Shown piece after piece: positions 19,901-27,169 of a stretch of DNA of 63,460 bases. Under the pieces are notes generated by a model, which searched no databases, was not told the DNA's origin, and saw only the letters and a program-made list of their open reading frames with translations. Each line of letters begins with the position of its first letter. The stretch's first letter is position 1. Origin of the DNA: Thermoplasmatota archaeon (lineage in GTDB: Archaea > Thermoplasmatota > Poseidoniia > Poseidoniales > Thalassarchaeaceae). The position numbers were made by a program, and so were the translations under genes. The DNA is taken from the NCBI GenBank assembly GCA_036138175.1, contig JAZAAK010000047.1:1-63460 (forward strand). The letters run 5' to 3'.

Positions 19901-20754
19901 AGGTGTTGTTGATCTCCGACAATTGTCCCTCCTAAATCAAGTAAGGTGGCAAACCAGATTTCCTGCCCATCACAGAAATAGAATTCACCCTCGATTTCAG
20001 AAGAGTTCAATGATGGTACTTTGTCGTAATACATTGAGTAATCATTACCCCATTGGATGTATGTTCCTCCATATGGGCATGTTGAGTGGCCACTCTGTAG
20101 TGTGGTGCTCTCAACAGTGAGAGTTCCATTTTGAACCGTACCATTGACATCGCCAGCAGGAGGTAAACCAGTTCCATTTTCGATTGTCATATTTGTTTGG
20201 CATAGATTTTCTACGGAGGTAATTTCGTCATCATCAAGAGCATCATTGAAGTTAAGATCGAATCCTGAGGTTAGGTTGTAGAGTAATAAATCTCCACATT
20301 CAGTGGAAGGAGAAACAGGATTCTGTAAAAGCCATAGATGAGAACCTGGGCCTGAATGATAATCATCCGCCATTGCAATTGTGAAATTGCCATTATCGTC
20401 AAAAGTCCAGAGCGACGATGTAGTGCCATCATCAAACATTGTTAGGTTGCCATCCAAGATAGAAGCCGTAGCCCCCTCGTAAGTCCCGTTATCGAAATCG
20501 TCCCCGCCTATTGAAATCGAATCTAGGCTAGAAGAAGCCATTGGGTTGCTATTGACAGATATCCAACCATCGACTATAGTTTCATTCGACGGAACGCTAA
20601 ATGCGTTCGTTGTAACCCCATCATCATCGGGGTTAATCGGTGTTGTAATTGTCCAATTTGTAACTCCTGCGCTTGCAAATGGAGCGAATATCATCAGCAT
20701 TACGAGGGCGGTAGCTAGTCTTCTGCGGCTGGCGGGCATAGACCTAACAAGCAT
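13921..20754 (-). CDS. giant surface protein, 2277 aa: signal peptide, very large ectodomain, C-terminal TM and Asp/Glu/Tyr tail
   Basis: N-terminus RRRLATALVMLMIFAPFASAG. C-terminal TM VYLIMGGIFLVAVAMVGFFV, then SRSRSGDDDYYYDDDDSYYEEDYEYEDEEYEYEDDDSESE. Two modules end in GWF(V/I)DN(I/V), like MAM or choice-of-anchor-J jelly-rolls. The true start may be the second ATG (20739): a TATATAAT box is centred about 25 nt upstream of it, suggesting a leaderless mRNA. Confidence 0.8.
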   Translation of the reverse strand: MLVRSMPASRRRLATALVMLMIFAPFASAGVTNWTITTPINPDDDGVTTNAFSVPSNETIVDGWISVNSNPMASSSLDSISIGGDDFDNGTYEGATASILDGNLTMFDDGTTSSLWTFDDNGNFTIAMADDYHSGPGSHLWLLQNPVSPSTECGDLLLYNLTSGFDLNFNDALDDDEITSVENLCQTNMTIENGTGLPPAGDVNGTVQNGTLTVESTTLQSGHSTCPYGGTYIQWGNDYSMYYDKVPSLNSSEIEGEFYFCDGQEIWFATLLDLGGTIVGDQQHLAHGVVPSTPSEGEVVVGTLPGQAIDPGTDAWLLLPASDIPANPDTHVNYSFSFDHWHDLESGDGAWVEHRLRNGSSGWGSWTWTDLESGYSHYISMGDLEVSGTPSSSTIPVFGGDAVSGWVSSSTNLSNISDITTFTEIQFRFRIITAATSSGSAGWFVDNINYHNDGDNSGAWHHGCDVNGYAYLNYNTYCYYANNQLGYLTHSGLDLTGATDIEFDLHWDLEGSVWDNACIELSNNNGGSWIDITSTSSSTATQCRSRSGAIPTNGYYDMDGNFYGDDSGGMVTILSDVPTAYQVANITIRFVVQTDSSVGYGQPFGNDPDGREGLTVYGFRPVDSSGATLYSVYLDGNTPTTPSGNEWRFLTLNSGYVDDLHGFEDSAVTEPEIDDVDGFTRTNTKTCSNSYTCGWDLTPIVSDDYGPEEAASFPYLYAIGAEGSFSGSVQEASLVSPTISVPESGISFFTFEMWMCWEYSNWQGHMNGGALMVEVDGGAWEIVNPGWYTDTMSSYVSGTYYILTNLDGMPIWTDVSCGDTDFTSFELSMAEWAGSDVRFKFIAADKYGYSSSLQQGWFIDNVGVRQGHFSSPGDWISQPIEMNGFDSFNMGIVEIEGKIDDNSTVTGSIIDAVTQEPIIGFDSIDFPINLAGLDSATHPTVNVRLELSSSSTISTPIIRQVEVGGPRILSAELFDFNGWNIPSGVEVIDNLLNATAITSTITSDYIDSVRPIKRINFLGNASNNVLVQVLDSNGNNIANNTQGGYVSFTNPINGYAIEVTLPPNGYIDEMLITPIYAEPARDVAIDVAEDDYDDWDFPYSQGRGHLGWQTTMLPEEASSNPNQMGYTSLDVSLTSGVQETLTILIPDGAIAHSGLLAITSDSDGFDGSINIGINGYQKYTSSSDQYLTYFAFSPNQVASISAMSSSWTDTNANSRDWKEVEITLDSSTTQTVTLSRLAVSYSLYETVSDLTTSLANYHTTAAAENPSAVNINIPTNITAPAGQISINGQILHELMITNKDFAVPQIFYPDGSMYEIVTNHRHLYDNSELETISLDGHASDGETISFEVSNSDDGSWGMNSGSVAFSQTSGSQLMSLDTSSSTVSVVDGGDGWMDVQVTWKFDISWNWNDLDRINWIAQAIDGDGASIWPSNSASGTTGNAVENDLQIDSFEIRDQYNRLISNQFSTFYPFPILEGSEINVTGSVRFQNSVDTRPMGSDFQVRLNLSGSLLLLDSYDNGVFSGTFSTPTGLSEIAASPELFRIGPLSGSIGGEDTSGQPPIVVMVNDYTPPTAGPLQVMTPSGLQNANGKVWDPSQPLTLYVTIEEPQARGETLTMHYWRADSDDTNSNGIAEEEEYLSQVQPLSAGMTGEQQVSFAGIDVSGQSFNSPVHIYLEGTDWAGLSYQQGGTGGGPGADNSWASVIVATDEPTEIVNNGFNLDRYTGYLLAGVPHTFTMQISEPNGLQTLDNITIMLCGDRLDDNLGEISYNPVTGDLWTADDSMVSPLTVQTQQITPAVIELAMMFELSWEYPWEEGQFGCKPSVSIIDEITEVAYVNNIGELTWVLDNSLVAVASGMSDLTPPLVVTDDAHLYLRQGDEFQMTGGVFYAGSGEIFTEVPDDLQVEMTLVYGTEVISSLADVSEEGAWYASMTLPMRAPFNPTMNVTTTVLNVPGIGTTSTNTDGKITVDSKSPTVLFDQMSYPDSSLTVLESDLLEEVLVSLTIVDEIGMPDSDLELAWIYLRDNQPVAGTEDTGSISILLVEEGSQVFQGKLDFTPNLEGFTIENGDRIMFWVTSTDKAGNEIQGLGSEQSPRAVALRVMEFNPSLDNVVVTPKDPLQDTTVVIETYWSNSGKRDGTIEINLYELTGDGKWETESSGIELDLSAETSSVYARFEWVAGAPGQPVLYIIVDDDFDNPAHPVSGLVVQAPITDEGTDENTVYLIMGGIFLVAVAMVGFFVSRSRSGDDDYYYDDDDSYYEEDYEYEDEEYEYEDDDSESE

Positions 20755-20777
20755 GGTGAGATTATATACAACTCGGT

Positions 20778-20796
20778 CCCTGTTCTACGAACAGGG
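20778..20796 (-). promoter_or_regulatory. perfect 8-bp hairpin CCCUGUUC-GUA-GAACAGGG upstream of the 2277-aa gene
   Basis: Plus strand reads ccctgttc tac gaacaggg, 23 nt upstream of the first ATG. It lies between tRNA-Thr (same strand, upstream) and the TATATAAT box. Confidence 0.5.
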
Positions 20797-20859
20797 CGAA
20801 AAGAGACAAAAATTACGACGAGTTTTTGACTAAATAATTTGCAGAAAAATGAAGATTAT

Positions 20860-20934
20860 TGGAGCCACTGGGGGGAATTGAACCCCCGACCTTCGCCTTA
20901 CCAAGGCGACGCTATACCCCTAAGCCACAGTGGC
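20860..20934 (-). tRNA. tRNA-Thr (anticodon GGU), CCA encoded
   Basis: Reverse complement GCCACTG..TCGCC-TTGGTAA-GGCGA..GGGGG-TTCAATT-CCCCC-CAGTGGC-T-CCA. A GTTAAAT TATA-like box is centred about 28 nt upstream of the 5' end. Confidence 0.9.
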
Positions 20935-21060
20935 AGTGAACCCGCCACCGCCAGAACCGATTTAACGACTGCGGGTTGAGGTAGGCGATTTGAGACCCAT
21001 CAAGGTTGCAAAGAAATACTGCGTCAGACTAAAGTCAAGGTCATATCTCGATGGAAACAA

Positions 21061-21146
21061 GCCGAGGTCGCATAGCCTGGTATTGCGCATGACTGGAAAT
21101 CATGTGGGTTCTACCCTCGGGAGTTCAAATCTCCCTCTCGGCGCCA
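21061..21146 (+). tRNA. tRNA-Ser (anticodon GGA), class II with long variable arm, CCA encoded
   Basis: Acceptor GCCGAGG/TCTCGGC (one G-U pair), anticodon arm CATGA-CTGGAAA-TCATG, variable arm GTGGGTTCTACCCTC, T arm GGGAG-TTCAAAT-CTCCC, discriminator G, CCA. Confidence 0.9.
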
Positions 21147-21241
21147 CTCAAACTCAACCCCTCTGTAAAGGGTTTAGATTGCCAGTTAGCAATCCCAGAT
21201 TCAAGTGTATTTCTTATGGTTGATTCTTCGCGGTGTGATAC

Positions 21242-22396
21242 GTGGAGGAAGTTGAGGTCGATACAATCGATGAGGATTTGGCTGATGCAAGCCAAGTTCG
21301 ACTGAGTGATGTAGAACTTCCTTTCAAGTTAGAAGAACGTAATTCTAGATTAGCCCCTTTGGATTCACTAATTCAAGAATACACCTTTCATGGAAAGATG
21401 ATATCCCAACAATGGGGAGTTGCTGAAGCCATGATTATTGGTATCGGTTCTCTTTCAATAATCCTCGGCGCTTGGGATCTAGGTATTGGCGAAATAGCAT
21501 CTGGAGGTGATTACAACAGATGGGGTCTTTACGGAGATGATGCAGGATTTCTACACGTCAATGATTTCTCACTTATGTTGGCTTTACTTTCAATAATTGC
21601 CTGGATTGGCTTCTTTGTTTTGCTTTGGACAAAATTCCCACTCATGAGAGAAAATCTTGTTTGGTTGACAATAGCAATATTGGCAATCCAACTTGGATTT
21701 GTGGTCAGCCATTCATCAGCCAGCGACTTCCCATTCGGCACAAGTTCTGGAGATTGGGCAGGTTTTGTTATAGGAAATCTAGTTCTATTTTTCCTTGCGG
21801 TAATTGTTGTTCACAGAGCAGTAATCGAAACTAGAGATATACATGTCGAAGAGCGGCATATGCATCCTGACCCGAGGGTAGTTCAGAAGGCATGGAGAGA
21901 TCATGGTTTGAAAGCATGGAGCTTGAATTTGGCAACCTGGATGGTATTTCTGAATATTTCATCTTGGGCTGGAGCACATGCGGTCTCTCCTCGTCCACCA
22001 ATTGAAAATGATATGACTCTGTATGTAGTCATTTATGCGTTATTTGGAATTGTTTCTATGGCTTTGCTGGTCCATATATTGTGGTATCCACAATTTATGT
22101 TAGGCGCAGCAGGAGATCGTATTCAATCCGTTCGAGCAAGGGAAGTTGCGGGCGAATTTGTCCCCAAAAAGGCAAGCCGGAGCCAAGGGTCTTGTCCAAT
22201 TTGTGGTGCCGATTCCGTCGCTGTCAGAAATCAGGATGGTAGTATTCAGGTGCCGTGTTCGAATTGTGAAGGAAATGGCGCACCGGGTACGGCTTGCGCG
22301 GAATGCAATACAATAATACCAGCAAGAATTTCTTGTAGAGAGTGTGGTTCAAGCACCACTGTAATGAGTCACTTTTCACGATCTGAAGCCTGGTAA
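21242..22396 (+). CDS. polytopic membrane protein with C-terminal double zinc-ribbon
   Basis: At least 6 hydrophobic helices, then CPICG..x..CSNCEG..x..CAECN..x..CRECG (four CxxC pairs). GTG start; the exact start is uncertain. Confidence 0.55.
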   Translation: MEEVEVDTIDEDLADASQVRLSDVELPFKLEERNSRLAPLDSLIQEYTFHGKMISQQWGVAEAMIIGIGSLSIILGAWDLGIGEIASGGDYNRWGLYGDDAGFLHVNDFSLMLALLSIIAWIGFFVLLWTKFPLMRENLVWLTIAILAIQLGFVVSHSSASDFPFGTSSGDWAGFVIGNLVLFFLAVIVVHRAVIETRDIHVEERHMHPDPRVVQKAWRDHGLKAWSLNLATWMVFLNISSWAGAHAVSPRPPIENDMTLYVVIYALFGIVSMALLVHILWYPQFMLGAAGDRIQSVRAREVAGEFVPKKASRSQGSCPICGADSVAVRNQDGSIQVPCSNCEGNGAPGTACAECNTIIPARISCRECGSSTTVMSHFSRSEAW

Positions 22397-22405
22397 TTTC
22401 ACAAT

Positions 22406-23707
22406 TTGGAGTCATTTAGGATGGAAGAGGAAACAATCGAAATTCCATCTGAAATTAACAACCCAACAAAAGACAATAGCGCATTGCCATGGTTGATTGG
22501 CTCAGTATCTACATTAGCATTTATCCTAGTGGCTTCAGTCATTTTCCTTTGGCTTAGATCTGTGGCTGATGAGATTTTGATTGGAGGACCTCCACCAACC
22601 TTGACCGGATGGGAGCAATCGTACCAAGAATTGACTGGATTCGACGAAGTATCTGGATTGGATGGAAGCGGTGTTGTAGTTTGTGTAGTAGATTCTGGCA
22701 TCGAAATGAGTCATCCCGATTTACAGCACCTCGCATTAGCCGGTTGGTTAGATGTAATTAATGGGCAAAATGAGCCATATGATGATGAGGGTCATGGAAC
22801 CGCAATGGCAGGAATTATTGTTGCGAAAAATGGACTCAGTGGAAATGCTCAAGGTGTTGATTTATTGGTTGCAAAGGCAATAGATTCCAATGGAGAAGGC
22901 ACAGATACCGGAATCGCTGAGGCGGTGGATTGGTGCGCAGACAACCAGGCCGACATTATCTCATTGAGCCTAGGCGGAGAAGGAGGGATTAGTTTTGGTG
23001 GAATTACTACTGACCAACTGGAAAGTGCGGTTCAAGACGCTCTTGAACAAGGAATATTCGTGGTTGCGGCAGCAGGAAATGATGGACAGGACGATGATGG
23101 AGACGTATCCTCACCTGGCTCAGTAGAGGATGTGATCTGTGTTGGTGGAGCGACTAGGCTGGGCAACGTTTGGAGAGGAAGTTCTCAGGGAGATAATGAT
23201 GGCAGACTTTGGCCTCCAATGTTGCCTCGTTCAGATCCCGATATGAAACCCGAAATTTTGGCTCCAGGGGCGGAAGTACCCATTCTATTCGCGGGAGGCT
23301 CCGGAGATGGCTCATGGTGGGGTTGGGCAAGTTGAACCTCAGCCGCTACCGCCTGGGTCTCGGGAGGATTGGCAATAATTCTCGAAGCCCACCCTGAGTT
23401 GCAAAGAGAGGGTACTTCAGGGGGTCCAAATGCAATTGAATTTATCAAAACACAATTGAGCGAAAATTCACAAATGGACGATGGACAATCTCAACATGAT
23501 GACAAGTTTGGTTATGGAATATTTAGAATTGATTTGATGTTAGAGGCATTGAGCAATTCGAGTTCAGAAGAGGAGGTAGAATACTCATCTAGTTTTTTAC
23601 AACACATCGACATTAACGATTCAAATCAGGCAGAGCGAAGGAAGACTCCTAGTGTTCCTCCTGCCAGTTCAACGAAGGCGGCAGAGTGGTTGGAATTGAC
23701 CGCCTGA
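22406..23707 (+). pseudogene. membrane-anchored subtilisin-like (S8) serine protease interrupted by one in-frame TGA (23333-23335)
   Basis: Asp motif VCVVDSGIEMSHPDL, His motif HGTAMAGII, oxyanion region ISLSLGG. Then ...WGWAS-TGA-TSAATAWVSGGLAII, which is the S-G-T-S-x-A signature with the stop in place of Gly. Both ORF-track pieces are in the same frame. N-terminal TM LIGSVSTLAFILVASVIFLWL. The 3' end overlaps the convergent gene by 82 nt. Confidence 0.75.
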
Positions 23708-24420
23708 ACAAATTCAATCCATTCATTGAATGAAGCTACGACCTGTTGTGCGGGAGTCATTTCCACGCCTTTTACTGGCTCACCAACATCTCCAGTTGGC
23801 ACTTGTGGTTCCAAGGCCATTACTACTCCTCCTGGTGCTAGTAGATTGAATGCTAGAGTTGCAGCTCGAACTCTCTCTATCTCTGGTAAATCGATGATTA
23901 CGAGATCTATTGGTTGAGGGAGAGGAGCACTTCTAGCAACATCGGGAAGTGTGGCATTCGCTGCATTCCAAGATTCAGTCTCAGCAGCAATTTCACTCCA
24001 AGGGTCTGAAATCACCTGTGCCCAGTTAGAAGCATCATATCGGCGAAGTAATCTATCGATGATTACTCCAAATTTTCCACCTTCCTCAATGACACGAAGT
24101 GTCTCAGGACGGTTACTTCCCTCAGAATCTTCGATAGCAGGATCTCCGCACCATAAATCCATCATCCAAGCGGTAAGATGGCCGATACCTCCGCCGATAA
24201 TTACTACATTTTTGGCAGGAATTCGACCCGCTATATCACGTATCCTTTTTCGAATAGATCGAGGTAATGGCCTCAAATCCATGTGAATCATTTGTTCGCC
24301 GATAGCAGCAGCGATTTCAGGTTCAGAACCACTTCTTGATTCATCATCACCAAGAAGTTGCTCAAACATCTCCCTTTGTGACATAGTTGGAAGTCCAAAT
24401 CCATCCCCTATCTCACTCAT
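23626..24420 (-). CDS. class I SAM-dependent methyltransferase-like protein (O-methyltransferase fold)
   Basis: Motif-I-like VVIIGGGIGHLTAWM, then LVIIDLP and LLAPGGVVMALEP. ATG at 24420 has GGAGG 7 nt upstream; the ORF-track start at 24474 is a TTG. Confidence 0.45.
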   Translation of the reverse strand: MSEIGDGFGLPTMSQREMFEQLLGDDESRSGSEPEIAAAIGEQMIHMDLRPLPRSIRKRIRDIAGRIPAKNVVIIGGGIGHLTAWMMDLWCGDPAIEDSEGSNRPETLRVIEEGGKFGVIIDRLLRRYDASNWAQVISDPWSEIAAETESWNAANATLPDVARSAPLPQPIDLVIIDLPEIERVRAATLAFNLLAPGGVVMALEPQVPTGDVGEPVKGVEMTPAQQVVASFNEWIEFVQAVNSNHSAAFVELAGGTLGVFLRSA

Positions 24421-24498
24421 AATAGCGCCTCCAGTAGCCCTCTCTTGAACCATCCCACGCGCGGATGGCTTCAAGAACGGTAGGTCAGCCGCGCAGAT

Positions 24499-25131
24499 GT
24501 GAACGAAGGGCTAGATGACGAGGAGACGGTTGACGTCTCTGAATGTTCTAATTGTGAAGATTACACAGAGCATCGAATACTTCGCAGAGTTAACAAGGGA
24601 GAAGGAGAGGACCTACTGATCCAATGTGTTGATTGCAATGAGGTGCAAACCCTTCACTTGAGACCTGGTAAAGCAATCAAGATTACTTCAATACTTTCCG
24701 ATGGAGCCGAAAGTCAAACACAGTCTATTGAATCGGATGATGATGAATTGATCTCTGTAGGTGATGTTTTTGACCATGATGGAATACTATACAGAGTTAC
24801 CAGAATAGATGATTCGAACACTAGATCAAAGCAAACTATGGTAGCCAAAGAAATCTCAACCCTTTGGGCTGTCCGCTGTGATAAATGCAAAGTTCGTTTA
24901 ACAATGACAGATGGTGAAGAAAGTAGTTCAAAAACTATTGAATGCTCTCCTGACGAAGTGTTTTCGTGTGGTTCAATTATGGAAATAGAAGGAGTCCGTT
25001 GGAGAATTCGGGCACTGCATACCGGAAAGGGTAGAACCCTTCGAGGTAAGCGGCCTGCAGTTGACCTTAGGCGAATTTATCTCCATCCTCCATACAATCC
25101 TAGAGAAGACCGAAGACAAAATAGGCGATGA
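24499..25131 (+). CDS. archaeal zinc-finger protein (COG1326 / HVO_0476-like), internally duplicated
   Basis: Two units, each a Cys4-type ribbon (CSNCED...CVDCNE; CDKCK...C..x..C) followed by a small beta-rich module (GDVFDHDGILYRVTRID; GSIMEIEGVRWRIRALH). Family assignment is from memory only. Confidence 0.4.
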   Translation: MNEGLDDEETVDVSECSNCEDYTEHRILRRVNKGEGEDLLIQCVDCNEVQTLHLRPGKAIKITSILSDGAESQTQSIESDDDELISVGDVFDHDGILYRVTRIDDSNTRSKQTMVAKEISTLWAVRCDKCKVRLTMTDGEESSSKTIECSPDEVFSCGSIMEIEGVRWRIRALHTGKGRTLRGKRPAVDLRRIYLHPPYNPREDRRQNRR

Positions 25132-26106
25132 TTATCGTCTATTTGTCCATGGCATAATTATGCTCTTTGCTACATGCCAAGCCACATCGGGGTTCTCTCT
25201 TAATCGGCGCATACTATACTCGTACCACCTACTACCATAGGGGATGTATACACGCGTTCGATGACCTTCTTTTGCCAACTTTCGTCGTATATTACCTCTG
25301 ACTCCAAGAAGGAATTGAAACTCATATCCCGGTCCCTTTCCACTTCTTTCTGGACCTGCATTTCCTCTCGGATCATCTATTGTTGGACCCATACCCCTGT
25401 CTTCTAATGCCGCTATTGAATGGTCGATTACAGGTATGTCATGAGATGCAATAGCGGTGTATGTTCCTGCATCTAATAAGTCGTCAATCGCCTTATTTGT
25501 TGCTAGGACAATATCATGATATTTCGTGTGAGCAATATCTTCAGGTTCAAGGTAAATTCCCTTACAAATTCTAACGTCTGAATAGCCACCCAATTTTGAG
25601 GAAAGTGAAGTGATATCCTCTCCAGTTCTAAACAACCTAGATTGAAGGACTGTGCCAATGTTGGCTAATCCACGATTATGCATCTCAATTACAATGTCAA
25701 TTGTGGACTGGGTAACTCTATTATCTTCCATATCCAATCTTACGAAGATATTGTTATTTGATGCAATTCTAGTAATTTTCTCAATGTTTTCTAATGCTTG
25801 CTTTTCATCAATCAATAATCCAAAAGCGGTAGGTTTGAGAGAAATATTTGCATCCATATCTTCTGCAATGATTACATCCAACGCCCTACGATATTCGTTT
25901 ACGAAAAAGTTCGCTTCTTCTAAGCTAGTTATCTCTTCTCCCAATACGTCTAGAGTAAAACAAGCACCCTGAGATTTCATTGAGCGCATTACCTGCAATG
26001 CGCTCTCTAAATCTGGGCCGGCAACGTACCTCTTTGCCACCCACCCTACGACGAATCTTGGAGTGATTGGCATCATCAGCATGACGATACGGCCGAGGAC
26101 CCCCAT
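25132..26106 (-). CDS. proline dehydrogenase (monofunctional PutB/ProDH-like)
   Basis: VRLDMEDNRVTQSTIDIV, RICKGIYLEPEDIAH, and C-terminal YIPYGSRWYEYSMRRLRENP match the ProDH TIM-barrel family. Start is uncertain (ATG at 26106, 26082, 26076 or 26073). Confidence 0.8.
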   Translation of the reverse strand: MGVLGRIVMLMMPITPRFVVGWVAKRYVAGPDLESALQVMRSMKSQGACFTLDVLGEEITSLEEANFFVNEYRRALDVIIAEDMDANISLKPTAFGLLIDEKQALENIEKITRIASNNNIFVRLDMEDNRVTQSTIDIVIEMHNRGLANIGTVLQSRLFRTGEDITSLSSKLGGYSDVRICKGIYLEPEDIAHTKYHDIVLATNKAIDDLLDAGTYTAIASHDIPVIDHSIAALEDRGMGPTIDDPRGNAGPERSGKGPGYEFQFLLGVRGNIRRKLAKEGHRTRVYIPYGSRWYEYSMRRLRENPDVAWHVAKSIIMPWTNRR

Positions 26107-26143
26107 ATTGAGGGCCGTGTGACAGGAGCACTTTGACGCTTGC

Positions 26144-27076
26144 TCAAGGGATAATCTCCTTCCCTCGGCGAACTTCAACATCAAGGGAGGATAATTCTGC
26201 AATTATAGCATTTCGTTGCCAGCCTTTGAACGATTTACGATCAAGATGCGCAAATATGGTTCCACCAGGAAAAGCAATACGGGTTTTTTCAATTGCTTCC
26301 AACAAACTATGTCGCCAAGGACCAGATGGAAATTCTTTGTTTCTCTCATCAAAAATTAACGCATAATTTGCCAGTAAATGACCAAATGGTAAACCACTTC
26401 GGATTGCAATATCCGAATGACGGGGAGCATAATGGCCGCCTCCAAGGCCAATCATAACATCCCCTTCACCAAACCATTCACCTTCCGGAGATTTATCAGA
26501 TAACCCTAGAACCCTAGAAATCACTGCTGCCCAAAGCATTGCGGCATCTTTGCGAATCCACTCAGATTCTGTAGATCCTATCTCTAGGTAAAGTGTAGGT
26601 TTGGTAAGAACTGGACCATGGTGAGTTGTTTCTAAGCTGACCTCAAATTCGCCCGCTAATTCTGATTTAGAGGATTCTTCCCTAAGGGCCGAATAAATGG
26701 CAGAAAATCTCGGCGATGGAGGCACCGCAATGCCCTTTATGCCACCAGCAAATCCTTCTTCTCCATGAGGTATTTCACCAGGTACACCTATTGCATGAAC
26801 GGTAAGGGAAGGGAGGGAACTTTTGGCAGCATGGCGGGAAAGGACTAGGACTTCATCTACTGTCTCTGCAGTCTCTTTTTCGTGAATTATATCAATACCA
26901 TCCGCATAAATGTGTAACTTTTCTATCAATAGTAGATGAACTGGTTGAGTAGAGTGCCTCATCAATAATCCCTGAGGAAATATTTCAGGAGTATCCCAGC
27001 CTCCAAGACCAACAACGGCTTCATGGAGATTAACAGAGGCGTTATCTGCTTTCGACGCTAGCAGAAGTGTCACCAT
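26144..27076 (-). CDS. dtdA: archaeal D-aminoacyl-tRNA deacylase
   Basis: ETTHHGP..LYLEIGSTESEW and IGLGGGHYAPRH motifs of the DtdA/GEK1 family. ATG at 27076 gives about 310 aa. The ORF-track N-terminal extension is Cys/Trp-rich and looks like noise. Confidence 0.7.
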   Translation of the reverse strand: MVTLLLASKADNASVNLHEAVVGLGGWDTPEIFPQGLLMRHSTQPVHLLLIEKLHIYADGIDIIHEKETAETVDEVLVLSRHAAKSSLPSLTVHAIGVPGEIPHGEEGFAGGIKGIAVPPSPRFSAIYSALREESSKSELAGEFEVSLETTHHGPVLTKPTLYLEIGSTESEWIRKDAAMLWAAVISRVLGLSDKSPEGEWFGEGDVMIGLGGGHYAPRHSDIAIRSGLPFGHLLANYALIFDERNKEFPSGPWRHSLLEAIEKTRIAFPGGTIFAHLDRKSFKGWQRNAIIAELSSLDVEVRRGKEIIP

Positions 27077-27169
27077 ATAATTACGCAAAAAGCCTGCTAA
27101 CTTCAACCCATCCAACCAGCAATTGAATAACCAGAGGCATTCGCACCACAGGTTCAAACATAAGAACCG

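Noticed and set aside
23333-23335. TGA recoded as Gly (genetic code 25), selenocysteine or Trp
   Set aside because: TGA clearly terminates conserved genes in this window: rps24e with its overlapping rps27ae start, rpoE', alaS, E1alpha followed 1 nt later by E1beta, and the ABC permease. A catalytic-motif Gly is not a Sec position, and I saw no other in-frame TGA in conserved genes.
20860-24474. Genomic island integrated at tRNA-Thr/tRNA-Ser (zinc-ribbon membrane protein, broken protease, methyltransferase)
   Set aside because: No integrase, transposase or recognisable direct repeat of a tRNA 3' end was found in the window. tRNA adjacency alone is insufficient.
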